Positions 18,686 through 28,599 of a stretch of 64,000 nt of DNA are shown here, piece by piece. The stretch spans positions 9,295 to 73,294 of the forward strand of contig CANKOW010000001.1 of the NCBI GenBank assembly GCA_947484295.1, written 5' to 3'. Origin of the DNA: Alcaligenaceae bacterium (GTDB taxonomy: Bacteria; Pseudomonadota; Gammaproteobacteria; Burkholderiales; Burkholderiaceae_B). Under the pieces are notes generated by a model, which saw only the letters and a program-made list of their open reading frames with translations, had not been told where the DNA came from and ran no database searches. Numbering within the stretch: the stretch's first letter is position 1; each line of letters starts with the position of its first letter. Position numbers and translations under genes: made by a program.

Positions 18686-19989
18686 TGCAACACGTGCGCG
18701 ATTGCATTCTGTTGTACAACCCGATTTCGAATGAAGGCCATCTTGATTCGTGGCATATCCTTTTTATTGAGGTTTTTTTGAAGGCCGGCTGGGGTGTGAT
18801 CCCTGTTACGCATGATCCACGCGCCATTCAAAAAAAGCTTGAGCAAAAGGGCTTATTCAGCCATCCCAATTTACTGTGGCCAAAAAAAATTTGGCAGCAA
18901 ACTCCAAAACCAACGTCGATCACGGCAAGTTTTTGTCGGCGAGTGTCTCGTCTTCTGAAGCGAGTATTTCAGTCTGCGGCTCAACGCGAGCAAGATTTGC
19001 TCGCGAATAAGTTTTTAGATCCTCAAACATTTAAAGACACTATCAATAGCGTGCTCAGCGTCTACCCCGGCCGTACACAGTTGGTCTTTAACATGTACGT
19101 AGATGGCTATTTACCTCAGGCAAAAGCCTGGGCCGACATGGTGTTCAGCGATGTGAAAGATTCGGCCTTAGCAGCGTCAATCCCGTGGGCAGGGCTTTGC
19201 ATCACGCCCGAGAATCTATCTGAGCAACAAGCTTCTCAAACAATGTCCGCCTATTATTTGCTTTCAAATTATCAAGGCACTTGTTTTTTAGATGAAACTT
19301 TGCCGCAAAAATATCGCGACCATTACCCAAATAAGTACTTTGAATTTTTACCCGACATCACCGAAACCGATTTGCCGACAACGCCTAACGCGCTAGCGCT
19401 TGATATCAGGCACAAAGCGGCGGGGCGCAAAATTGTTTTTATGGGTGGTTCAATCGGCAAGCAAAAGAATCTTGCACAGTGGGTTGATTTGGTTTTAAAC
19501 CTTGACCCCACGCAGTGGTATTTTGTGCAGATCGGTCGTATCAACGTCAACAATTTAACGCCAGCCGATGACCAGGCGCTAGCGCTGTTAAAGCAACAGC
19601 AACCAGCAAACTTATATGTTCATGCTGATTACCTACCGGACGAAACAGTTTTTAATGCCATCATTGCAGCGTCAGATGTCATCTTTGCCGTCTATCGTGA
19701 TTTTTATCGTAGCAGCAATATGGTTTCAAAGGCTGCCTATTTTGAGAAGCCTATTTTGGTGGCAAACAACTGCTTAATGGGCGAGCGCGTGACCAAATAC
19801 GAGATTGGGCTTGCCGTGTCGCCAAATCATTCAGAAGGCATCCAAGCAGGACTTGCCAGCCTACTTAAACTTGAAGGCCTAGCGACCAAGTTCGCAAACT
19901 ATCGTGCAGACTTTAGCCGCACCGAATTTAGCCGTCGTTTAGATGCCTTTGCCCAAAATTGTTTGCCCAAAGATCAAGTGGTGAATTGA
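18685..19989 (+). CDS. GT-B (GT4-like) glycosyltransferase, paralog B
   Basis: Same motifs as 17369-18685 (LLYNPIS..GHLDSW, GRKIVF.GG.IG..KNL, SSNM..KAA.FEKPILV). Confidence 0.75.
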   Translation: MQHVRDCILLYNPISNEGHLDSWHILFIEVFLKAGWGVIPVTHDPRAIQKKLEQKGLFSHPNLLWPKKIWQQTPKPTSITASFCRRVSRLLKRVFQSAAQREQDLLANKFLDPQTFKDTINSVLSVYPGRTQLVFNMYVDGYLPQAKAWADMVFSDVKDSALAASIPWAGLCITPENLSEQQASQTMSAYYLLSNYQGTCFLDETLPQKYRDHYPNKYFEFLPDITETDLPTTPNALALDIRHKAAGRKIVFMGGSIGKQKNLAQWVDLVLNLDPTQWYFVQIGRINVNNLTPADDQALALLKQQQPANLYVHADYLPDETVFNAIIAASDVIFAVYRDFYRSSNMVSKAAYFEKPILVANNCLMGERVTKYEIGLAVSPNHSEGIQAGLASLLKLEGLATKFANYRADFSRTEFSRRLDAFAQNCLPKDQVVN

Positions 19990-20909
19990 TGGCTCACTAC
20001 AACTTACGCACACCAGTTGCCTTACTGATCTTTAATCGGCCCGACACAACAGAGCGTGTGTTTAACGCGATTGCGCAGGCTCGGCCCTCTAAGCTGCTAG
20101 TGGTGGCCGATGGGCCGCGCGACTCTCGCCCAGGTGAAGCCGCGCGCTGCGAACAAACCCGCGCAATTATTAAACGTGTTGACTGGGATTGCGAGGTCAT
20201 CACAAACTTTGCCGATCGCAACATGGGTTGCAAGCTTCGCGTCTCTAGCGGCATTGATTGGATCTTTGAGCAGGTTGAAGAAGCGATTATTCTTGAAGAT
20301 GACTGTTTGCCAGACCCAAGTTTTTTCAGATTTTGCGATGAAATGCTTGAACGCTATCGTGACAACGAGCGGGTTGGCATGGTGTCGGGTGGCAATTTGC
20401 AGTTTGGTCGTCACCGCGGAATCGGTAGCTACTATTTTTCAAAATACACCCATATTTGGGGTTGGGCGAGTTGGCGTCGGGCCTGGAAGCATTACGACCG
20501 CGATATCACGCACTGGCCCGAATTTAAAGCGCAAGGTTTACTCGAACAAATGTTCGCAACGCCGGGTGAGCAGACATATTGGCAAAACTCTTTTCAGTGG
20601 GTGCACGAAGGCAGCTTAGATACCTGGGATGTGTCGTGGACCTTTACCGCGCTTACACATGGCCTGCTGCAAGTTGTACCAAACGTAAATCTGATTTCAA
20701 ATATCGGCTTTGGCGTAGACGCAACCCACACCCATGTGGTCGGGGTACATGCAAACTTGCCAACGCAAGCGATTGAGTTTCCGCTACAACACCCAACCTT
20801 TGTACTGCCCAATCTAGAGGCTGATCGTTATATCGCCAGCGACCAACTTGCGCCGTCTTTTTATACGCGGCAGTGGCGGCGAGTCAAACGTATTCTTGGC
20901 GTGGCTTAG
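19989..20909 (+). CDS. GT-A glycosyltransferase (HlpA-like nucleotide-diphospho-sugar transferase)
   Basis: PVALLIFNRP, VADGPR, IILEDDC, HIWGWASWRRAW, NLISNIGFG. Confidence 0.85.
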   Translation: MAHYNLRTPVALLIFNRPDTTERVFNAIAQARPSKLLVVADGPRDSRPGEAARCEQTRAIIKRVDWDCEVITNFADRNMGCKLRVSSGIDWIFEQVEEAIILEDDCLPDPSFFRFCDEMLERYRDNERVGMVSGGNLQFGRHRGIGSYYFSKYTHIWGWASWRRAWKHYDRDITHWPEFKAQGLLEQMFATPGEQTYWQNSFQWVHEGSLDTWDVSWTFTALTHGLLQVVPNVNLISNIGFGVDATHTHVVGVHANLPTQAIEFPLQHPTFVLPNLEADRYIASDQLAPSFYTRQWRRVKRILGVA

Positions 20910-22028
20910 ATGCGAATCGCCTTTGATCACCAAGCGTTTTGTTTACAAAAGACGGGCGGTATTTCAAGGTACTTTTTTCATTTGGCTGAGCAGCTAGCTA
21001 TTGTGGGCCAAGACGTTGGAGTATTTTCGCCACTTTATCGCAACCAGTACGCTAGGCAACTGCAGCAAAAAATTGTGCACGGTGGCTACGTGAAAGATTA
21101 CCCGCCACGCTGCGCAGACGCTGCAGCCGCACTCAATGGTGTAGTGGCGCGCAGGCAACTTAGAGCGTGGGAGCCGGACGTTGTGCATGAAACTTATTTT
21201 TCGAAGACGCGCAGCGGATCAGTCAAAACCCCTACCGTGTTGACGGTGTTCGACATGATTGGTGAATTAGGATTAGACGCAGAGGCACCAACCCCTGCTG
21301 AGCTTAAGCTTTCAAAAAAATATGCCGCGGTTAAGCGTGCAGACCATGTGATTTGTATTTCAGAACATACCCGAAAAGATTTGGTTCGGTTGTATGAATT
21401 GGCTCCTGAGAAGACTTCCACTATCCATCTAGGTTGCGAATTCAATACACAGTTTGATAAAAAAGAAACCAATACAAATAGACCTTACTTGTTCTACGTT
21501 GGTTTGCGTTCAGGCTACAAAAACTTTATGCGCTTTTTGCGGGCGGTTGCCGTACATGCTCAACTTAAAGAACAATTCGATATTGTAGCGTTCGGTGGTG
21601 GCCCATTTAACCCTGCTGAGCAAAACCTTATACAAGAACTTGACTTACGGTTCGATCAGGTGCGACACATCAGCGGTGACGATACCGCTTTGGCCAAACA
21701 TTACCGCAATGCCACTGCTCTCGTCTATCCCTCTTGCTACGAAGGCTTTGGCCTCCCGCCTTTAGAGGCAATGGCAAATCAATGCCCAGTTGTTAGTAGC
21801 TACACAAGCGCGATGCCCGAAGTGATTGGTGACGCAGCAGAGTTTTTTGATCCGTTTGATCTAGATAGCATTGCGAGCGCAATACAAAATGTGGTCAATT
21901 CGCAAACACGTGCTAACGAGTTGATAGCAAAGGGCCTCGCCCGCGTCGAACAATTCAATTGGCAAACGTGCGCTGCGCAACACTTGGCGTTGTATAGATC
22001 GTTAAACAGCCAGGCGGCTAACGCTTGA
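20910..22028 (+). CDS. GT4 glycosyltransferase
   Basis: GGISRY, YKNF, PSCYEGFGLPPLEAM. Confidence 0.92.
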   Translation: MRIAFDHQAFCLQKTGGISRYFFHLAEQLAIVGQDVGVFSPLYRNQYARQLQQKIVHGGYVKDYPPRCADAAAALNGVVARRQLRAWEPDVVHETYFSKTRSGSVKTPTVLTVFDMIGELGLDAEAPTPAELKLSKKYAAVKRADHVICISEHTRKDLVRLYELAPEKTSTIHLGCEFNTQFDKKETNTNRPYLFYVGLRSGYKNFMRFLRAVAVHAQLKEQFDIVAFGGGPFNPAEQNLIQELDLRFDQVRHISGDDTALAKHYRNATALVYPSCYEGFGLPPLEAMANQCPVVSSYTSAMPEVIGDAAEFFDPFDLDSIASAIQNVVNSQTRANELIAKGLARVEQFNWQTCAAQHLALYRSLNSQAANA

Positions 22029-23134
22029 TGAAAGTACTGTATCTATATACCGAGGTGATGGGATACAACATCCCTATCTTTGAGCAACTAGTGAAACGCT
22101 ATGGTGCCATAGTGGATGTGGTTCATTGGGATCAAAATAAAAAGACACCCTATGTACCAAACGTAACTACTCAAAACATCCGTTTTCATCAACGATCAAA
22201 GTTTACGCCTCAAAGCCTATGCAACTTTGTCTCCGATTTGAAGCCTAATTTAGTCTACACATCTGGCTGGCAGGACAAGGGATATCGTCCTGCGTTACAG
22301 CAATTAAAGTTAGCGGGCGTTCCGATTGTGATGGGGCTCGATACCCAGTGGAACAATTCCTTACGCCAACGACTCGGCGCAAAGCTTATTAAGCATGCGT
22401 ACAAGAAGCGTTATTTTTCTTATGCATGGGTTCCGGGGCCATTGCAGTATGAATGTGCAGCACGCCTAGGCTTTGAACACGATGAGATCATCACCCATCT
22501 GTTGACGGGCAATACAAATATTTTTAGCGAAGCAGCCTCAGCACTTGAACAAGAAAAAACTCAGCAATACCCAAAGCAATTTCTGTATGTCGGAAGACTG
22601 ACAGAATCTAAAGGTATTGATACTCTTATTGATGCTTTCAAACGGTACCGCCAAGCCCACCCAACCGGCTGGGGCCTAACCTGTATAGGAAACGGCCCGT
22701 TCGAATCGCTGCTACAACAACAAGAGGGCCTAACCGTTAAGCCCTTTGCAGAGCAAGCTAGCTTGGCAACGTTAGCGCGCCAGATGGGCGCTTTAATTTT
22801 GCCGAGTCGCTACGAGCCTTGGGGTGTAGTCGCACACGAGTTTGCAACCGCAGGCTTACCCTTGTTGTTATCAAACAGGGTCGGGGCAAGGCATCAGCTT
22901 TTGATCGGCGGGCTCAATGGTTATACCTTCGCAGCGGGTTCGGTAAATGATTTAGCCTTCAAAATGAATCAATTGGCTTCTAAGCCTGATGATGATTTAT
23001 TAGCGATGGCAAAGGCGAGTCTTAAGTTAGCAAGCGCACTTAGCCCTGAAATTGCCACCGCGAGTTTTGTATCGGTGCTCGAACGACATCAGCTCGCGGT
23101 TACAAATAACAGCAGCAATGATGCGCCCCATTAA
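22028..23134 (+). CDS. GT4 glycosyltransferase
   Basis: YVGRL...KG, LPSRYEPWGVVAHE. Confidence 0.9.
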   Translation: MKVLYLYTEVMGYNIPIFEQLVKRYGAIVDVVHWDQNKKTPYVPNVTTQNIRFHQRSKFTPQSLCNFVSDLKPNLVYTSGWQDKGYRPALQQLKLAGVPIVMGLDTQWNNSLRQRLGAKLIKHAYKKRYFSYAWVPGPLQYECAARLGFEHDEIITHLLTGNTNIFSEAASALEQEKTQQYPKQFLYVGRLTESKGIDTLIDAFKRYRQAHPTGWGLTCIGNGPFESLLQQQEGLTVKPFAEQASLATLARQMGALILPSRYEPWGVVAHEFATAGLPLLLSNRVGARHQLLIGGLNGYTFAAGSVNDLAFKMNQLASKPDDDLLAMAKASLKLASALSPEIATASFVSVLERHQLAVTNNSSNDAPH

Positions 23135-24278
23135 AGTTGCAGTTGATGCTTCGCGTGTGCGCTCAGGGGGCGGCGTCGCCCACCTGCTTGGCATTTTGAG
23201 TGTTAAAGACCCCAAAGAATTTGGTATTGAACAAATTCATGTCTGGGCTTACAAAAAGCTGTTGGATCTACTGCCCGATCGTGCTTGGTTAATCAAACAC
23301 CACCCTGCGGCTCTTGAGAAATCTTTAGTGCATCAGTCGTTGTGGCAAGGCATACGGTTGAGTCATGAAATAAAGCAGGCTGGATGCAACATACTGTTTT
23401 CTGCTGATGCCAGCACGTTTTGCCGGTTCAAGCCCATGGTAGTGTTAAATCAAAATATGCTGGCATACGATGCAGGTGTTTTGGCTCTATTTGGATGGGG
23501 CAAAGATCGGTTTCAACAAACCCTAATGTATTTTGTGCAGCGTCAGGCTTTTCGTTTTGCCGCAGCTGCGATATTTTTGACCCAACATGCGGCTACACAA
23601 GTTCAGCGGCGTGTAGGTTTGTTGCAACATGCCGCGTGCATCCCGCATGGTGTTGCTGAGGTATTCAAGGATATACCATTGCAGTCAAACTGGCCGACTG
23701 CCAACGAGCGGCCGATTCGGTGTTTGTACGTGTCACCGGTATTTGAATATAAGCACCAGACCCAGGTGGTTTTGGCGATCAAAGCGCTGCGCGACCAAGG
23801 TTTAAATATTGAACTTAGTCTCGTTGGCGGCGGAGGTAAGCGTGCGCTCAGAATTTTGCACCAGTTACTTGACCAGGTCGATTCGGATCGGCAATTTGTC
23901 AAAGTATCGGTATTTGTGCCAAACGAGAAGGTTGCTGCGCTAATCGCTGAGGCCGACCTATTTGTGTTTGCCTCGAGCTGCGAAACCTTTGGAATAGCGC
24001 TACTCGAGGCCATGGCGGTCGGCATCCCAATTGCCTGTTCAAGTCGCAGCAGCTTGCCAGAAACACTTAAAGATGCGGGTGAGTACTTTGATCCTTACGA
24101 CTCACAATCGATTGGGCTTGCGATTCGCCAACTTACAGATGACCCTTCGCGGCGCACGCAATTAGCCAAGCGTGCGAAAGAGCTTGCTGCGAGTTATTCG
24201 TGGTCACGGTGCGCACGTGAAACGTGGCAGTTTGTGATGCAAACCTATCGAGATAGTCTTGAAAAAGGAATGAGATGA
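23118..24278 (+). CDS. GT4 glycosyltransferase
   Basis: SGGG N-terminal loop, YKHQ, SSCETFGIALLEAM. Start reassigned to ATG 23118. Confidence 0.88.
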   Translation: MMRPIKVAVDASRVRSGGGVAHLLGILSVKDPKEFGIEQIHVWAYKKLLDLLPDRAWLIKHHPAALEKSLVHQSLWQGIRLSHEIKQAGCNILFSADASTFCRFKPMVVLNQNMLAYDAGVLALFGWGKDRFQQTLMYFVQRQAFRFAAAAIFLTQHAATQVQRRVGLLQHAACIPHGVAEVFKDIPLQSNWPTANERPIRCLYVSPVFEYKHQTQVVLAIKALRDQGLNIELSLVGGGGKRALRILHQLLDQVDSDRQFVKVSVFVPNEKVAALIAEADLFVFASSCETFGIALLEAMAVGIPIACSSRSSLPETLKDAGEYFDPYDSQSIGLAIRQLTDDPSRRTQLAKRAKELAASYSWSRCARETWQFVMQTYRDSLEKGMR

Positions 24279-25045
24279 AAATCTCAATTGTGACTATCTC
24301 TTTCAATCAAGGAAATTTTTTGCGTCAATGCATTGAATCAATTTTGACTCAAACAGAATGCGACGTTGAATATATTGTTGTTGATCCTGGGAGTACGGAC
24401 GGCAGTCGAGAGTTAATTGAATCTTACGGAGATCGAATTGTTAAGGTCTTTGCACGCGATCAAGGTCCCGCCGATGGTTTAAATCAGGGTTTTAAGCGCG
24501 CGACAGGAAACATTTACGGTTTTGTTAACGCGGATGACTATTTGTTGCCCGGCGCGCTGAAACAAGTAAATCATTATTTCGAGTCGAGTGGGTTGTCTTC
24601 GTTCATAACGGGGCAGGGCTACAGTGAGAGTGCTGAGGGTCTTAGAAGCGTCATAAAAGTTGCGCCATTAACTGAAAGAAACATGCTGTATTTGTCTGCG
24701 AGTATTTTTCAACAAGCTACTTTTTTTCCTGCTAAAGCGTTTAAAAGCATTGGGGGATTTAACGCTACAAATCGAACTTGTTGGGATTATGAACTGTTTC
24801 TTAAGTTTTTGAAGCTACCGATATCTCATCAAATTATTGAATACGATTTGGCCGTTTTTCGATTGCATCCAGACTCAATTTCAGGGTCAGGTCGGCTGAC
24901 AGATATGTATCGCGACGAATTAGATCAAATTTTTTTACAGTATCAGGGACGAAAAAGAAATTTATTTGATCGAATTTGCGGCTACATGTTGCGATTGCAA
25001 AAGGTATGTTTGTCTTATTTAAATTATAAAAAATGCAAGGCGTAA
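24275..25045 (+). CDS. GT2 glycosyltransferase (WcaE-like)
   Basis: KISIVTISFNQ, VVDPGSTDGS, NADD. AT-rich. Confidence 0.9.
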   Translation: MKISIVTISFNQGNFLRQCIESILTQTECDVEYIVVDPGSTDGSRELIESYGDRIVKVFARDQGPADGLNQGFKRATGNIYGFVNADDYLLPGALKQVNHYFESSGLSSFITGQGYSESAEGLRSVIKVAPLTERNMLYLSASIFQQATFFPAKAFKSIGGFNATNRTCWDYELFLKFLKLPISHQIIEYDLAVFRLHPDSISGSGRLTDMYRDELDQIFLQYQGRKRNLFDRICGYMLRLQKVCLSYLNYKKCKA

Positions 25046-26790
25046 GTTTTCTCATAGATTTTGTATTTTTACTGTTGGTTTTGTTTGCAACCGCAATAAC
25101 ATTAAACGGATGGGGAAGGATAAGCTTACATTTGCTTGGCCTCACGGCATCAACGACTAGCGGAACGTTAACTGTTTGGTTTGGCTTTGCTGTAATTCTT
25201 GCAAGCCTAGAGATCTTTCATTTATTTATGCCAGTTGACTGGCGACTGACGGCGTTTATATTTTCTGTGGGAGTCGCGGGTGAATGTAATCAAGTAAGAA
25301 AACGATTCAAAGATTTTGTAGATAAGGCGCGCAGAAACCTACAACAAAATCCTCTTATTTATTTATCGTGTATCGGTTTAGCCTTTTATTTTTGTTTACG
25401 CGCAATGCAATTGCCGATTATGTACGATTCGGGGTTGTATCATTTTGCAAGTATCCGTTGGCTCAATGAAGAACCAATAGTTCCTGGCCTGGGCAACTTA
25501 CATTGGCGACTGGCTCTTAATCAAAGTTATTTTGGATTTCTCGCACTATTAAACATCGCGCCCTACTGGAACAAAGGCTACGCTGCAGGCGGTTTATTTT
25601 TAGTGCTGCTGACAAGTGCTAGCCTTTGGGAGTTCGGCCTGAGGTCTCGCTCAACTTGGCGTAATGTCGTTGTAATTATCCTGACTCTTTACCTATGCCA
25701 AATAGCAGGTTCGATTTCGAACCCTTCGCCTGACATAGCTATTAGCCTTTTGCAGATTGTAGTTTTTTTATTTTTACTTAAGTTATTTGATAGGAACACT
25801 TACCATGAAGAGGATGACCACATTCGAAATATTGCCGTGGTGCTTCTTCTGTGTTTTTCAATCGTAACTATAAAACTAAGTGGCCTCGCTTTTGCGGCTG
25901 GTTGTATATTTGTCGCCTTGCTCCACGACTTTAGTGTGCAACGCACATTTTCGTTTCGAATGGTCAAGTTACTCGTACTCATAACATTGTTCGCGTGCGT
26001 TCACTTGGGCCGTGGATTTTTGCTGTCAGGGGCACCCCTGTTTCCAAGCACTATTGGTGGGGCTTGGTTTTTACAATGGGCCCTGCCCCCTGCTATTGTC
26101 GAGTTTGAATCTGATTTGATTTATGCGTGGGCACGACAGCCTGGCATTGGTTCTTTGGCCGATCTAAATTTATTAGGTAATTGGTTCAGTACTTGGAGCG
26201 ATAGACTTCCCTTTTTTTGGAAAATACAGTTACTTTCAGCATCTTTGCTGACAGTTGCTAATTTTTATTATTTAAATGCATTGGGCTCATGTAAATTTAA
26301 TCATGGGCTGCACTTAATATATATACCAATTTTTGCCGCGTATGCATTTTGGTTTTTGACGGCACCCGATATAAGATTTCTTGGTGCAATTAATATAATT
26401 TATTTAACGCTTTCAGCGGCAATCTCGACTCAGATAGGTATTAAAAAACTTCCGTCCCTAACAAACCTATTAGGGAGAATTGCAGAAGAGCCGTTCAAGT
26501 TTTATTTTCGTATTTTTGGCGTGTCGCTCTTCTGCATTATCCTTTTCAGATGGATATTTATCCAGCCAATTTCCCTGACTGGGTGGCCCGAACTGCCAGC
26601 TGTTGAGACCCATCTAGTAAAAACCGACTTTGGTCTATCCGTTTTCAAACCAGACGTTGGTTCACAATGTTGGAATGCCCCCATACCGTGCGCGAGTGTT
26701 GTTTACGGTAGCTTAAGAAAAGTACCTTGGACACTACCGTTTCAAATAAGGTCACTCATTGATTCTAGGTATAGTTTAATTTTAAAGTGA
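25033..26790 (+). CDS. Polytopic membrane protein (LIC_10190-like, putative GT-C), paralog of 11052-13070
   Basis: YDSGLYH..IRWLNE, NLHWRLALNQSYF, NPSPD, IKLS, WARQPGI, TAPDIRF, CW..PIPC. Confidence 0.7.
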   Translation: MQGVSFLIDFVFLLLVLFATAITLNGWGRISLHLLGLTASTTSGTLTVWFGFAVILASLEIFHLFMPVDWRLTAFIFSVGVAGECNQVRKRFKDFVDKARRNLQQNPLIYLSCIGLAFYFCLRAMQLPIMYDSGLYHFASIRWLNEEPIVPGLGNLHWRLALNQSYFGFLALLNIAPYWNKGYAAGGLFLVLLTSASLWEFGLRSRSTWRNVVVIILTLYLCQIAGSISNPSPDIAISLLQIVVFLFLLKLFDRNTYHEEDDHIRNIAVVLLLCFSIVTIKLSGLAFAAGCIFVALLHDFSVQRTFSFRMVKLLVLITLFACVHLGRGFLLSGAPLFPSTIGGAWFLQWALPPAIVEFESDLIYAWARQPGIGSLADLNLLGNWFSTWSDRLPFFWKIQLLSASLLTVANFYYLNALGSCKFNHGLHLIYIPIFAAYAFWFLTAPDIRFLGAINIIYLTLSAAISTQIGIKKLPSLTNLLGRIAEEPFKFYFRIFGVSLFCIILFRWIFIQPISLTGWPELPAVETHLVKTDFGLSVFKPDVGSQCWNAPIPCASVVYGSLRKVPWTLPFQIRSLIDSRYSLILK

Positions 26791-26833
26791 TTAAGTTTTT
26801 TAAAAATTTCCAGATATAGAATTTATCTAATTT

Positions 26834-28363
26834 ATGGCGTATTCTGCTCAACGATTTACAAGATTAGCTCACCGCCTTTCCTGGTCAGTGACGCTATTTT
26901 GCGCGTTGATAATTGGAATCATACTTATTAGCTACTTATATTATTCGCTTCAAAGTTATCGAGGACCTTCTCCTATTTATTTTTGCATTATTTTGCTGTT
27001 GTATTTAGTTTCAAAGAAAGCTGCATTTTTTTCAATAGTATTTTTACTACCAATTGCTCCTGCTCTCCACGAGCAACTAAGTTTTATTCACCAACCAGCC
27101 GTACCATTTTTTATTGCGACTCCGGGGATTGATATTTGTACCGCTTTTATTGTCGGTACTATGTTGAATAATATTGCTGAACATCAAAAACTCTTAATGA
27201 AAGCGGAAAGAGTCCCCTGGCCAATCGCTGTGACCTTAATAATAATTATATTTTCTATAGCTTTGGCGGTGTTTCGTAATTTTACGCAAGTGAGTCAAGG
27301 ATTTAACTTTGCGGAGTTAGTTACCAAGCTATTGGTTCATAAGCTAGTCTTAAGGGGTGATATTTATTTACCTCTCGTTGATATATTTACTTTTAGTACC
27401 GGCGCATTATTTATCGGAATTTTAGTAAATTTTTTTAAAACTAATAGCGATAGCGAAAAACTGTTTGTAATGGCTTTAGCGTGCACCCTATGCATTTCCG
27501 CAGTTTGGGGAATATTTCAAGCACTTACACGATTTGGATTGCCACCCACAACCTACGCGCACCGTGCAAACGATTTTTTCTATGGTGCACATGGCTTTCA
27601 GCCTGACCTACATGCCTTTGGTGCACTCATGCTGATGGGATGCTTGGGATTATTGGGATATTTTAATTATGCGCCGGCGTATCGCACCAAGGTCTATTTG
27701 GGCGGGGTAATTTTAATCAGTTGGACGGCCTTGTTGATGAGTAAATCGAGAGCATCATTAGCATTCGCCATTGCAGGGACAACAATTTTTATTATATTAA
27801 AGATTCTACACAAAGGTAAACCAGTTTTCTTTTCTAATTATCTTTTTACAATTTGCGCAGTAATGATCGGCATAACGGCGGTGCCGCTTTTTGTAACGAG
27901 TCAATTTGTTCGTGATATTTATCCTTCAGAATATCTTAATTTTAGCTTATGGAACGATGCCCTCAGTCTGCGTCCAGAGTTTCATAGGACTGCGCTCAGA
28001 ATGTTTGCAGACTTCCCTTGGTTTGGAATCGGTCAAGGGAATTTTATTCGAGTTTCTGCCGATCCTATTTTGAAATACTCTCCTTTGATATTAACGTGGG
28101 GAGGTGAAAATGCACACAATTATTTTTTGCAGACGCTCGCTGAGTTGGGTGTCATTGGCGTCCTGAGTTTCATCTTGCTGTTTGTATGGCCATTGATATT
28201 CACTAAAACCATCTATATAGCTCCCGCTTGCATGATAATTACATCTATATTCCTAGGGAATATATATTCCCACTCCCTGATCGTGCGCGAAAATCTATTT
28301 GTATTGGGAATTGTGATTGCGCTTACATATTCAAAAATGAAAACCCGTCAAAAAATACCGTGA
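26834..28363 (+). CDS. O-antigen ligase/polymerase family (WaaL/Wzy_C) protein
   Basis: Many TM segments. SKSRAS, FGIGQGNF, AHNYFLQTLAELGVIG. Confidence 0.8.
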   Translation: MAYSAQRFTRLAHRLSWSVTLFCALIIGIILISYLYYSLQSYRGPSPIYFCIILLLYLVSKKAAFFSIVFLLPIAPALHEQLSFIHQPAVPFFIATPGIDICTAFIVGTMLNNIAEHQKLLMKAERVPWPIAVTLIIIIFSIALAVFRNFTQVSQGFNFAELVTKLLVHKLVLRGDIYLPLVDIFTFSTGALFIGILVNFFKTNSDSEKLFVMALACTLCISAVWGIFQALTRFGLPPTTYAHRANDFFYGAHGFQPDLHAFGALMLMGCLGLLGYFNYAPAYRTKVYLGGVILISWTALLMSKSRASLAFAIAGTTIFIILKILHKGKPVFFSNYLFTICAVMIGITAVPLFVTSQFVRDIYPSEYLNFSLWNDALSLRPEFHRTALRMFADFPWFGIGQGNFIRVSADPILKYSPLILTWGGENAHNYFLQTLAELGVIGVLSFILLFVWPLIFTKTIYIAPACMIITSIFLGNIYSHSLIVRENLFVLGIVIALTYSKMKTRQKIP

Positions 28364-28483
28364 GTCCACCCTTTAGGAGCGTGCGTTCGAGTTTGCGCAC
28401 TCAGGTATCCAGTTAGTTAATTAGTAGGCGGTCATTTATCGAGTGTTTTGGGTGGAAACCACAGCTTAAACCCTTAAAACACC

Positions 28484-28508
28484 TATAATCATTCGAATTT
28501 GTACAAAT
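28484..28508 (+). promoter_or_regulatory. Putative -10 box and adjacent palindromic operator upstream of marR
   Basis: TATAAT at 28484-28489. Perfect 12-bp palindrome ATTTGTACAAAT at 28497-28508. No clear -35. Confidence 0.45.
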
Positions 28509-28530
28509 GTTTCGCGATGGACTGACTTAT

Positions 28531-28570
28531 GCCGCGCTTGCTGACCGTGATACAGCACGGCGGTAGCGTG
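28531..28570 (+). promoter_or_regulatory. ops: JUMPstart-like leader with ops element (second copy)
   Basis: Exact GGCGGTAGCGTG at 28559-28570, preceded by hairpin tgctg-accgtgata-cagca. Ends 29 nt before the marR ATG. Confidence 0.85.
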
Positions 28571-28599
28571 TAAAAAACGAAAAACTCTACCCCTGTTAT

